A DNA stretch of 59,795 nt, filler included, from Sphacelaria rigidula (taxonomy: Eukaryota), in NCBI GenBank assembly GCA_964200075.2. It is 10 parts of 10 records of this genome, joined end to end, with 100 filler letters (N's around TTAATTAATTAA, not from the genome) between each part and the next. Parts side by side here need not be neighbours in the genome. Positions count along the whole stretch, not along the records: positions 23,961 to 29,850 come from CAXNAA020023702.1; positions 29,951 to 35,839 come from CAXNAA020023703.1; 8 more parts are not named here. One strand, written 5' to 3'. Positions 23,961 through 33,548 of the stretch are shown piece after piece (the stretch's first letter is position 1; each line of letters opens with the position of its first letter). The notes beneath the pieces are model-generated. The model was not told the DNA's origin. It did no database searches and saw nothing but the letters and a program-made list of their open reading frames with translations. Made by a program: the position numbers and the translations under genes.

Positions 23961-26900
23961 GGAGATGGGAAGCAGCTCTTAGCTGCAACTAAGAAAGATC
24001 CAGTAGCGCTATGGAGAGTAGTAGAAAGCATATGTTTATATCCTGCGGCTACTACTACGGAACAGGTTGAGGATTCTGCACTGAATGATTATGTTAATTT
24101 CCCTGCATGTCCATATAAGCTGGACATATATGTATATAATGAGCGTTATAAAATTATTAGAAATAATTATTTAAAACATATTGGGCAATTATCTAATTAC
24201 TCTAGTCTTAAGCATTATACGGATAGAATTAAAGCTAATAAATTTGAAGCTGTAATCAAACGAGTACAAGCTGATCTGTTAGAGACTAAGGGTACATCAT
24301 ATACCATAGAAAGGGTTATGAATTTACTCGAAGAGTTGGACCTGCAGTTAGATACCAAGAAGCCTGTAGGTACGCAAGTATATGGAGCATGGGGAACTAA
24401 AGTTCGTAACAGGAAAAGAGAAGAGTCTAAGGTGAAGACTGAGTCCAAGGACAAGGGTGCACAAGATGATGGGGGTGCACAAGATCATAAGGGTGCACAA
24501 GATCATAAGGATGCACAAGATCATAAGGGTGCTGAAGAGAACAAGAAGCCGAGACCAAGTGGTGGTAGTGGTGGTGATGGTGAAAGTCGTGTGTGTCATC
24601 ACTGTCGGCTTCCAGGGCATCTCAAGAAGGATTGTCAAGTGTTGCGGGCACAGGCACTGAGTGGTAAAGGATATAGGTGCTGCGAGGATGTACCTGCCAA
24701 GCAGAATTTCATCTGTGCAAAGGGTGACGTTGGTGCTAGCAATATATATGAACCGTGTGTGCCGATATTGAGCTACCCATCGTACTGCGGTAGTGTGCGA
24801 CGCAATGATGAGGTCTTAGAGTTCACGTGGGATCCCGGATCTCAGGAGACGATTACTAGCTATCCACACACACTGTCTAATAAAGTGAAAGGCCCAAGAA
24901 TAGCATTTGATTCGATGGGTGGGTTAACAAGCAGTTGTGTGAAGGGTGATCTGGGTCCATTTGGCAGTGCTTATCTTGGACCACCTGGACAGGATATTAT
25001 ATTGTTGTCCCAAGCATCCATGAAGAAGCAGTTTGGATCTGATATGCATGTGTATTATGATAATGAAGGAAACTTCTATGATATCACACTGCATGGTGTA
25101 GTTTATCGGTTTGAAGCTGACGAGAATGAGAACACTGACAAACCTCTGTACAAACTGAAGTTACCTGTGAGCGAGATCCATATAAACACTGTGCACAAGA
25201 ACGAAGAGGGGCTGTCGCGTCGAGAGCGAGAGAAGAATCGTCGATGCATCAGACTTATTTCTGATGCAGGGTATAACAATGTTAAAGAGATGCTGACACA
25301 TGGAATGATTACTGACTGTGATGAGACTTCAACTGAAGTTGCAGAGGCGCTGCGAGTGCATGGCTATCCTGCGGGATGGCATCAAGGCAAGACGGTTACC
25401 AAGTCATCCAAGTTACCTCATGTGGAGCCAGCGCTGTCATATCTGATCAAGCAACAAGACATGGAACTGGACCTGATGTTTATAGCTGGTGTTGGTTTTC
25501 TTATCTCTGTGACGCGCCCGTTGAGTATGACTGTTGTCACTCATATAGGGGGAAAGAGTGCGCCGATATTACGCAAGGCTCTACAGAGTGTATTGAAACT
25601 GTATGATCAGCGAGGCTTTAAGCTGCGGCGTATTACTGTGGATGGTGAGAGTGGTATTGGTCAACTGGATGAATGGTTGTCAACGCGCAACATTCAGTTG
25701 GATCAACGCACTGCTGGAGAGCATGTCAAGTTAGTAGAGCGCAAGATTCGCTTAATTAAGGAGCGTGTGCGTTGCCATCTATCAGCTCTACCATTCAAGC
25801 TACCTTATTCACTGCTGAAGTGGTTGGTGATGTATTGTGTGTATAATATCAATATGATACCATACCATGATGGAGCGGGGCTATGGGTCACACCAAGGGA
25901 GATGTTTACTGGGCGCAAGTGTAACCGTAAGAGAGATCTGTATTCTTTCGGTGAATATGTCCAAGTAAAGACAGTGGATAGTGTTGACTCCAATTCAGTA
26001 GAACTACCTCGCACTGAAGGAGGAATAGTGTTACTACCTACTGGGTGCATTGATGGGGGTGTTATGATTTTGCTGCTGAGATCCATGCGTGTTGTGCGTC
26101 GTACACAGATGACTAGGCTTCCTATGCCAGATACAGTCATTCAGTATCTGACGGCGTTTGCGTTGAGTCAGAATAAGCAAATTCCACAACAGCCCAGCTA
26201 TATTGTTGGAACACGTGCACTAGCAGACATTGATGACGATGAGGACATCTATGAAGATGAGTTTGAAGATGGAGCCGAGGTTGTGCCAGAACACGTTGAT
26301 CGTGTACCTGAACATGATGTAGAGGAGTGGATTGAGAATGTGCATGAGTATACTGAGGAGGAAGTCGTGTATGAATTTATGACTCCTGATCACCCTCAAC
26401 CGCCCCAACAAGGTGAAAATATTGATGTTGAGCAAGAAGTTGAAACTACTGTGGCTGTACCGTTGGCTATTGAGGACGATGTTGAGTTGGTAGAACTGGA
26501 ACCACCTGCACGACATGTGCTGGAAGCTGAGGCTGTACCTATTGAACCTGATCCACCACCCGCTGATGAAGGAGCTATCCTCCGTAGAGGAAGACGTGAG
26601 CGACGAACTCCAGCTCGGTATGTGAACAACATGACTTTTGCACAGGCGAAGGAGAAGCATGGTCATCTGGTAGAAGAAGCACAGGCACTAGAAGCACAGG
26701 CTTTCATTGCAAGAGATGTATTTGATCCAGTGTACCGACGGGATGTACCAGCTGATAAAGTTATTATCCCTTCGAAAGACATATACAGTGAAAAGTTAGA
26801 TTCAGAAGGAAAGTTAATACGAGTCAAAGGGAGGTATGTTGCCGGAGGTCATCGACAAGATCGATCTGTATATGATGATGTTAGTTCACCGACAGTAGCG

Positions 26901-28214
26901 TCCGAAGCAATCTTCATTAATGCTGCATTAGCTGCGAAAGAAAAGAGGTGTGTAGTAGCGTTGGATGTAGGCACTGCATATTTATATGCGCACAATCATT
27001 TTGAGAATTATATGGAGCTCAAGGCCCCGTTTGCTGCTGCGATTATTAAGCAAAACCCAAAGTGGAAGAAGTATCTCGATTCGAAGGGCAAAATGGTTGT
27101 TAGGTTGAAGAAAGCTCTGTATGGATGTATAGAGTCAGCTAGGTTATGGTATGAACATATAACTAATGTACTCAAGGAACTATCTTTTAAGGCGAACGCG
27201 TATGAGCCATGTGTACTCAATACTATAATGGATGGCGAGCAGGTGACTGTGTCTCTGCATGTGGATGATCTTTTTGTGTCGAGTGTATCTGAGAAGAACG
27301 TGATGAAGGTGGTCGAGTTCCTTCAAGCCAAGTTTGAGAAGATTACAGTGCACAGAGGAAAAATACTGACATACTTGGGAATGATGTTTGATTTTTCAAA
27401 GGAGGGCGAAGTGACCATTAGTATGGACCGATATATTGAAGATATTATTGCGCAGTGGAATAGTGATGCTAAGGGTTCCGCTTTGACGCCAGCGACAGGG
27501 GTGCTGTTCAATGTGGACACAGATAGTCCCATCCTATCTAAAAAGGAAAGTGAGAGATTTCATTCTACAGTTGCAAAGCTACTATATATTGCAAAGCGAG
27601 TACGTCCAGATATCTTAACTGCTGTGACAGCACTGACTACTCGAGTTCAAGATCCTCGTGAAGCCGATTTGGAGAAGTTAGCTCGTATTATTAGGTACTT
27701 GAAGGCATCGAAGCATGTGAAGTTAGTGTTGCGATGCGATGATAAAATTACTGTTAATTCATACGTTGACGCGTCGTATGGAGTTCACCCAGATATGAAG
27801 AGTCATAGTGGTTCTGTGGTGAGTTTAGGAGAGGGTGCTGTAAGTGCAGGCTCAACTAAGCAGAAAATTAATACAAAGTCGTCATGTGAGGCGGAGTTAA
27901 CTGCAGTAGCTGATAAGATCGGTAAGGCCATATGGATCCGTAATTATTTAATTGATCAGGGATATGATCCCGGACCAGTGGTACTTCATCAGGATAATCA
28001 GGCGACTATGCAACTACTACAGAAGGGTTACCCAGCAAGTGACCGCACACGCCACATCAACATAAAATATTTTTTCGTGAATGATTTAATACATCGGGGA
28101 GAGGTGAAGATTGTGTACTTGGAGACGGGAGATATGGTTGCAGATGGGATGACCAAGCCACTCCAAGGAGATTTATTCCGGCGATTCCGCACTAAGGTGC
28201 AAGGAGGAAAATAA
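23961..28214 (+). CDS. Ty1/copia gag-pol polyprotein (CoDi-like), uninterrupted
   Basis: Frame is open from the scaffold start. Domain order is copia: CCHC knuckle (CHHCRLPGHLKKDC), PR (WDPGS), IN (LDLMF, VDGE, EHVKLVERKIR), RT (DVGTAYL, LKKALYG, LHVDDL), RNase H (YVDASY, EAEL, QDNQ, ADGMTKPL). Confidence 0.97.
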   Translation, partial: GDGKQLLAATKKDPVALWRVVESICLYPAATTTEQVEDSALNDYVNFPACPYKLDIYVYNERYKIIRNNYLKHIGQLSNYSSLKHYTDRIKANKFEAVIKRVQADLLETKGTSYTIERVMNLLEELDLQLDTKKPVGTQVYGAWGTKVRNRKREESKVKTESKDKGAQDDGGAQDHKGAQDHKDAQDHKGAEENKKPRPSGGSGGDGESRVCHHCRLPGHLKKDCQVLRAQALSGKGYRCCEDVPAKQNFICAKGDVGASNIYEPCVPILSYPSYCGSVRRNDEVLEFTWDPGSQETITSYPHTLSNKVKGPRIAFDSMGGLTSSCVKGDLGPFGSAYLGPPGQDIILLSQASMKKQFGSDMHVYYDNEGNFYDITLHGVVYRFEADENENTDKPLYKLKLPVSEIHINTVHKNEEGLSRREREKNRRCIRLISDAGYNNVKEMLTHGMITDCDETSTEVAEALRVHGYPAGWHQGKTVTKSSKLPHVEPALSYLIKQQDMELDLMFIAGVGFLISVTRPLSMTVVTHIGGKSAPILRKALQSVLKLYDQRGFKLRRITVDGESGIGQLDEWLSTRNIQLDQRTAGEHVKLVERKIRLIKERVRCHLSALPFKLPYSLLKWLVMYCVYNINMIPYHDGAGLWVTPREMFTGRKCNRKRDLYSFGEYVQVKTVDSVDSNSVELPRTEGGIVLLPTGCIDGGVMILLLRSMRVVRRTQMTRLPMPDTVIQYLTAFALSQNKQIPQQPSYIVGTRALADIDDDEDIYEDEFEDGAEVVPEHVDRVPEHDVEEWIENVHEYTEEEVVYEFMTPDHPQPPQQGENIDVEQEVETTVAVPLAIEDDVELVELEPPARHVLEAEAVPIEPDPPPADEGAILRRGRRERRTPARYVNNMTFAQAKEKHGHLVEEAQALEAQAFIARDVFDPVYRRDVPADKVIIPSKDIYSEKLDSEGKLIRVKGRYVAGGHRQDRSVYDDVSSPTVASEAIFINAALAAKEKRCVVALDVGTAYLYAHNHFENYMELKAPFAAAIIKQNPKWKKYLDSKGKMVVRLKKALYGCIESARLWYEHITNVLKELSFKANAYEPCVLNTIMDGEQVTVSLHVDDLFVSSVSEKNVMKVVEFLQAKFEKITVHRGKILTYLGMMFDFSKEGEVTISMDRYIEDIIAQWNSDAKGSALTPATGVLFNVDTDSPILSKKESERFHSTVAKLLYIAKRVRPDILTAVTALTTRVQDPREADLEKLARIIRYLKASKHVKLVLRCDDKITVNSYVDASYGVHPDMKSHSGSVVSLGEGAVSAGSTKQKINTKSSCEAELTAVADKIGKAIWIRNYLIDQGYDPGPVVLHQDNQATMQLLQKGYPASDRTRHINIKYFFVNDLIHRGEVKIVYLETGDMVADGMTKPLQGDLFRRFRTKVQGGK
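24452..24532 (+). repeat. 18-nt coding tandem repeat in gag (GAQDHK-like x4)
   Basis: aagggtgcacaagatcat units. Confidence 0.9.
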
Positions 28215-28366
28215 ATACTTTTCTATAATTATGCGATGCATGAATAATTTAGGAATTAGGAATTAATAATGCTGTTCTAATGTTACTGCTATTCTATTGT
28301 GTACCTATGCTGCTGTGTAGTATCGTGTCACTATATATTTTGCTATCACCGTACACGGGAAGGGTG

Positions 28367-28667
28367 TGTTGGAATATGATGATTCCGCCCGTGATCGGTT
28401 GCAGCTAATGTTTCTAGTTTGTGCGTTATGTGTCATTTGTGGCATACATTTGATGCATATAAATGGACGCTATTTTCTAGAAATTTCCATGCTGCTGTTT
28501 GCCATGATTGCATGTGTTGTTTTGTATAATTAATTAGTCTACTGATAGTCAAGTAATCTGTCTGAGGACATTTGTTTAGGTGAATTGCGATTCACCATTG
28601 ATAAGATAGTAGGCAAATTGTTATCCTGTCATTGGTAAGTGACAGAATAGTCTGTGTAATTTTAACA
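28367..28667 (+). mobile_element. Copia LTR (301 bp)
   Basis: Follows PPT GGGAAGGG (28357-28364). Termini TGTTGGAAT...ATTTTAACA, TATAAA at 28458. Only one copy is present, so the 3' boundary rests on the terminal inverted repeat. Confidence 0.8.
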
Positions 28668-28683
28668 TAGACTAATTAATTAT
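28668..28683 (+). promoter_or_regulatory. Putative self-priming primer-binding site
   Basis: TAGACTAATTAATTAT is the exact reverse complement of 28526-28541 inside the LTR. Confidence 0.7.
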
Positions 28684-28744
28684 CCGTTCTTTCTCTGATC
28701 GCGATCAGAGTGTTATAGAAGGACGAGATTTTGACTCAGACAAG

Positions 28745-29850
28745 ATGTCTGGCAAGTATGATGTGAAGAAGAGAGGCTTCGAGAAGCCTGATTCACAAGA
28801 GAAGAGAAAGGATGCTCTCTCTCAAGACCTAAAATTCAAGAACAATGAAACGAAGAATAAAATTCCTGAAGATTCTTTAGTTGCTGCGGCAAATAAGAAT
28901 GCAAAAATTAGGTTTAATAAGAAGTCTAATACTACTGCTCTACAAACGAATTTCCTTGAGGTAAAGGAGATTGTCTTGAACGACCTCATTGAGAAGTTCC
29001 CACTGGTAGCACCAAGACTCCATCCGGACTATATTGGAGAGGAAACTAATACTCCATCTTTGACTCTGCTACAAGTTCATCATAAGGAGAAGTGTAGAGA
29101 AGAAGGAAGGAGAATAGTGAAAGTACAGTCTGAGCTATGGGATGAGGTTAAGCAACGTCGGCAGGTACGGAGGCTTCCGGTAACTCGAAAGTCGGATACT
29201 TCATCCAGTGTGAGTTCATCCAAATCGAGTAAGGCTAAGCCGGTTTCATCTACTGAACTTGATGAATATGATGATTTTGATCTTGAAGATGATGATTCTG
29301 ATGATGGGGATGATGTTGAAGGTCAGTCAGAACTACTCTTTGAGCCATATGAAGAGGCTTTTCAGGCTTGGAAAGTAGCATTCCGACAGCAGTGTCTGGA
29401 AAACTGTAGAATATCTGCTATGAAGGAGTATGAGTTACTCACCAAGACAGCTGCTAAGGAAGAGGAAGAGAGCAAGGAGCAGTCAGTGGCATTATTTTCT
29501 GCAATACAACGGCTGTTGGACTATCAGCTTCTTAGGATGTTACAGAAGCATGAAGATGGGAAGCAGCTCTTAGCTGCAACTAAGAAAGATCCAGTAGCGC
29601 TATGGAGAGTAGTAGAAAGTATATGTTTATATCCTGCGGCTACTACTACGGAACAGGTTGAGGATTCCCTGCATGTCCATATAAGCTGGACATATATGTA
29701 TATAATGAGCGTTATAAAATCATTAGAAATAATTATTTAAAACACATTGGGCAATTATCTAATTACTCTAGTCTTAAGCATTATACGGATAGAATTAAAG
29801 CTAATAAATTTGAAGCTGTAATCAATTGAGTACAAGCTGATCTGTTAGAG
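28745..29850 (+). CDS. Copia gag N-terminus (second copy, frameshifted near 29668)
   Basis: ATG 78 nt after the LTR. 29552-29850 repeats 23961-24284 in frame but with a 25-bp deletion and several substitutions. Confidence 0.9.
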
Positions 29851-30029
29851 NNNNNNNNNNNNNNNNNNNNNNNNNNNNNNNNNNNNNNNNNNNNTTAATT
29901 AATTAANNNNNNNNNNNNNNNNNNNNNNNNNNNNNNNNNNNNNNNNNNNNTTTTTTTTTTTTTTTCCCCCTTCCCCTCTCCCCCCCCCCCCCCCCCCCCT
30001 TCTCCGGCCGGAGCGGGGGGACCCCGTGT

Positions 30030-30061
<32 letters not shown>

Positions 30062-30125
30062 CGTACTCATTTGTTGCTTGCCTTAGTCATTTGACAATTG
30101 ACCACGCATCCCTTTCGAGACGGAT
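30030..30125 (-). mobile_element. 3' end of LINE family abutting oligo(C)
   Basis: Reverse complement of 47717-47790 and 55440-55570, next to a ~30-nt G run. Confidence 0.75.
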
Positions 30126-30299
30126 CGCGGGAAGGGGGGGGGGGGGCAATGAAGCTAGTACCGTCACCTACCCGCCGGCATCCCCGCAGCCGCTGATTCA
30201 CGCGGTAGAACCTGAGCCGCTACCGACACCCCCGTCGCCAACACAGTAGTGTTTAGCGCTTGGTCAATTAGAACCTTCTAGGAATTTCATCACTTGATT

Positions 30300-30530
30300 T
30301 GAGCGTAAACACCGATATTCGGATGCTTAGCGGGGCTGACAGTCCCAACTGCCCCTCGCGTGCGCAGAACGCGTTTTCGTCGAGATCGGCGCGTACGGCG
30401 CCGTTTTCAGGTCTACCAGCGCCACACTTTGCCTGGAGAACGCTTTGCACCCCCCTCGCCCGAGGGTTCTCGGTATGCCTTCGGTTGGGGTTAGGGTTAG
30501 GGTCAGCGTTATTTCAGAACATACGTTTCC
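30300..30530 (+). repeat. Interspersed repeat carrying a few TTAGGG units
   Basis: cacactttgcct...gcccgagggttctc.gtatgcctt...ggggttagggttaggg. Homologues at ~52760-52900 (-) and ~59150-59270. Confidence 0.8.
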
Positions 30531-30599
30531 GATAAATTTCTTCATCGACCAAGTGGTGAACACACCCCGGCCAACACGTGATGCGATGCAGCTGCAGCG

Positions 30600-31130
30600 A
30601 ACACATATCCTTACCCCGCACAGCCATCACCGCCACCGTCATTTCCACCCGCCGGTGCTGCTGCTGCGCCGCCACCATCATTTCCGCCCGCCGCTGCGCC
30701 GCCGATCTCATCGATACCGTCGCCATCACCGCAGTCTTTGCCACCAACACCTACCGCGCCGACAACATCGCAGCCGCTACCGCTGCCTCATACTCTCCCG
30801 ACTTTATCGGTATCGTCGCCAAGATCGCAGCCACTGCCATTGTAGCTGACTCTGCCAACAACACCGTCAACAGTACAACAGCAACCGCTGTCGCCGCCAC
30901 TAACTCTGTCGGCAATACCGTCTCACGTGTGGCGTCAGCGGTGCTGGGCGAATAGGGCAGGGGGGCGGGGACGCACAGCGACTCTGCCAGCAACATCGCA
31001 AACAACAAAAATGCCGCTGCCGCTGCCGCTGCCGCTGCTGCTGCCGCTGCCATTGCCACTGCCACCGACTCTGTCGGCAACACGTTTTTACGGGTGGCGT
31101 CGTCGGTGCCGGTCAAATGGAGAAGGGGGG
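30600..31130. repeat. GC-rich low-complexity triplet region with a ~130-150-bp tandem duplication
   Basis: gactctgcca.caaca...actctgtcggcaa...gtggcgtc..cggtgc occurs at 30848-30966 and 30980-31130. Confidence 0.7.
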
Positions 31131-32141
31131 CTCGTATTCATCTCCACACGATCAAGTATCGGCGACCAAGGAAGCAGGGGGGCACTAGGATAGCATGAGA
31201 ATACGGGGAAGCAGATGAACTGGAATGGAGAACGGAGAAGGGGGCGACGTTTTTGACCAGAGGAGAGGTACAGAGGCCGGAGATAGATTTCGGAGAATAC
31301 TATGCTCCGAATGTGGCCATTTCCATCGTCTATTTTGAATGAGGACGCATTTATGCGACTACTGCCGGGCTGCGGTAACTCATTTGATAAAATATATCAA
31401 ACTTGCAATGGTTAATGATTGGCATGCGTCACCAGCCATTTTAGGATCTGGCGAGGATCATTTTGCGTGGAGGTAGCCGGCGCGGATCAAACACGCTTGA
31501 ACAGTCAGGTTTATGATGTTGACCTTACGGAGGGATCTCGATCTGTTTATTTTTTATTTTTCTCGTACTACATCTCCATTTGGACTTTTCATGCATGTAC
31601 TACCGTAGTTCACTTCAAGTTTATTTGTATTCACCTCGGGTTTTAATATCACCGATTTTCTAACCTAGTTCCAAACATTTCTTCGTCTGAGATTAGTTTT
31701 TGTTCTCAACAAAAGTCCCATAATCAGAATCTTATGAGTCCAATCACATGTATGTATGGGCATTGTTTGATTTTCATGGGAAGTGGACTACACGATTTTT
31801 CTGCTTGATGATATAATGACAAGGATTAAGCTCCAGCAAGGGGAGCTATTTGAGTATGGCCAGAATAAGCCCTTGTGCATATGAACAAGGATTGATTTGG
31901 AATTGATTGGTACAACTTGGTGCAGATTGATCGTGCAATGGATCTGGGGGGCGGTGAGAAAACGGACCAACTGGAGGATCCGGATTGTAATATGACTAGA
32001 TGTACCGCATATGAGGCAGCGGACGTAGCAGTGCTGCATGCTTCGTTGTCACTTCATACTTGGTCTACACGTTTTTGCATTCTGGGAGTGTACGGCATCT
32101 CCAGGAGCGTGCATTTCATGATCTATGTCTGATTAGTGAGT

Positions 32142-32388
32142 GACACTTTCTATGACAACCCCCCCCCGAAACAGCCCAAAAGTGTCACAAACAAAATGGC
32201 CATACAGCGCATGATGCTGGGGTTCAGGCCGCATGAAGCGCCTCATATTGGCGACATTGGCTAAAGCGAACCAAGGCGTGGGAATTCCCAGCTGCTCGTT
32301 GTGCTCGGCTTTTCCCATTTCGATTCATGTGAAGATTTTGCCTTCCAAGACCATACACTTTTGGGGGGGGGCTATCGTGGAAAGTGTC
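32142..32388 (-). mobile_element. MITE with 4-bp TSD (same family as 12635-12895)
   Basis: GACACTTTC...GAAAGTGTC with TSD GAGT (32138-32141, 32389-32392). Confidence 0.92.
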
Positions 32389-33548
32389 GAGTCAAGAGCA
32401 TGTGTTATAGTGTTTTAAGGCAGGATGCACCCTCTTGTGTGCACGCCGGGTCAGGTCAGATACTCTTCAGGTCTATCCTGGCAGGGTCAGCTTGTGTCCG
32501 AAATTGATTCACACCAATATAGATTCACGCAATAAGCTCTACCCACTTGATACAAAAGCGTCTTGTTCACTCGTATTCTTTGTCGCTCCGTTCGATGCTC
32601 TCTCACGTTGCTCACCAGGTATAGCAAAGCTTGGCAGTCAGCTCCAGATCGCAAGTGGGTGAAGAGGGCTCCGACCGGTTGGAAAAACCATGTCTGTACC
32701 TTTTATCAATCTCACATCCGTCCTAGTCAAGCTTGATCAGACCCGCAACTATGAAATCCTAGATTTGATTATAAACGCCTCCTAGCTTCATGACACTCGC
32801 CCATCCAGACGAACCTCTATTACAGTTGCGATGAGAAATCTCGAAAAGCAACGAAAATCAAAGTTCTTCTCTACGTCAAGTCATGAGCGACAAGGAAGGC
32901 GAACTCAATGCTATAAATGCACACGGTCGTAGTGGCTGAAAAAAAGAAGGTACACCCCAGACGATGAGGGCAACATCCACTCCGTTGCCCGATCCTCCCA
33001 CACCACAAGCAAGGTAAGCGAAATCCGCTACCGAAAAGCAAGTGCGCTTGAAGGCGCAGGAGCACACAATGCTGCAGCGGGCTAGCGAACTTAACAGACG
33101 AACATAAAAAATGCTTCGACGTGCTAGCCAAAATATAGAGGCAGAAGGGAAAACACACCAGGGGCACAACGTCTACGCGGGTGGTACCAATCTCAACCGC
33201 CGAAAGGTCAATCGCAGGCGGTGAGCGCATGGCGGCTGAGGAAAGCAAAGGAATCAGCAACATAAAGACTGCATGTAGTCCAGCGCCCGTCATATTAATC
33301 AAGATCGAGAAGGCGAAAAGCTCCAGTAGCCGAAGATGAAGGTGCTCCAGGCAAGGTCCATTCGTGGTCCGACGTTGTGCGTTGAGGAAGCTTCGGTTGT
33401 AGGCTGTTGAAGAAGTTGGTGGACAGCACTGGTGTGTCTTGAGTGGTGGGAGAAGGGAAAACAAAATATCCAAAAGACAACGACAGAGGGAGAGAAAAAA
33501 AACCCCGAAAAAATGCCGGGGAGGGGGAAGCAAGAGGTCTGTGTAAGC

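Noticed and set aside
28626..28650. Alternative LTR end at 28631 (CA) followed by a TGGTAAG tRNA-type PBS
   Set aside because: No match to the usual Met-i PBS beyond TGGTA, poorer terminal inverted repeat than 28667, and the site sits in a hairpin. Disfavoured but not excluded without a tRNA search.
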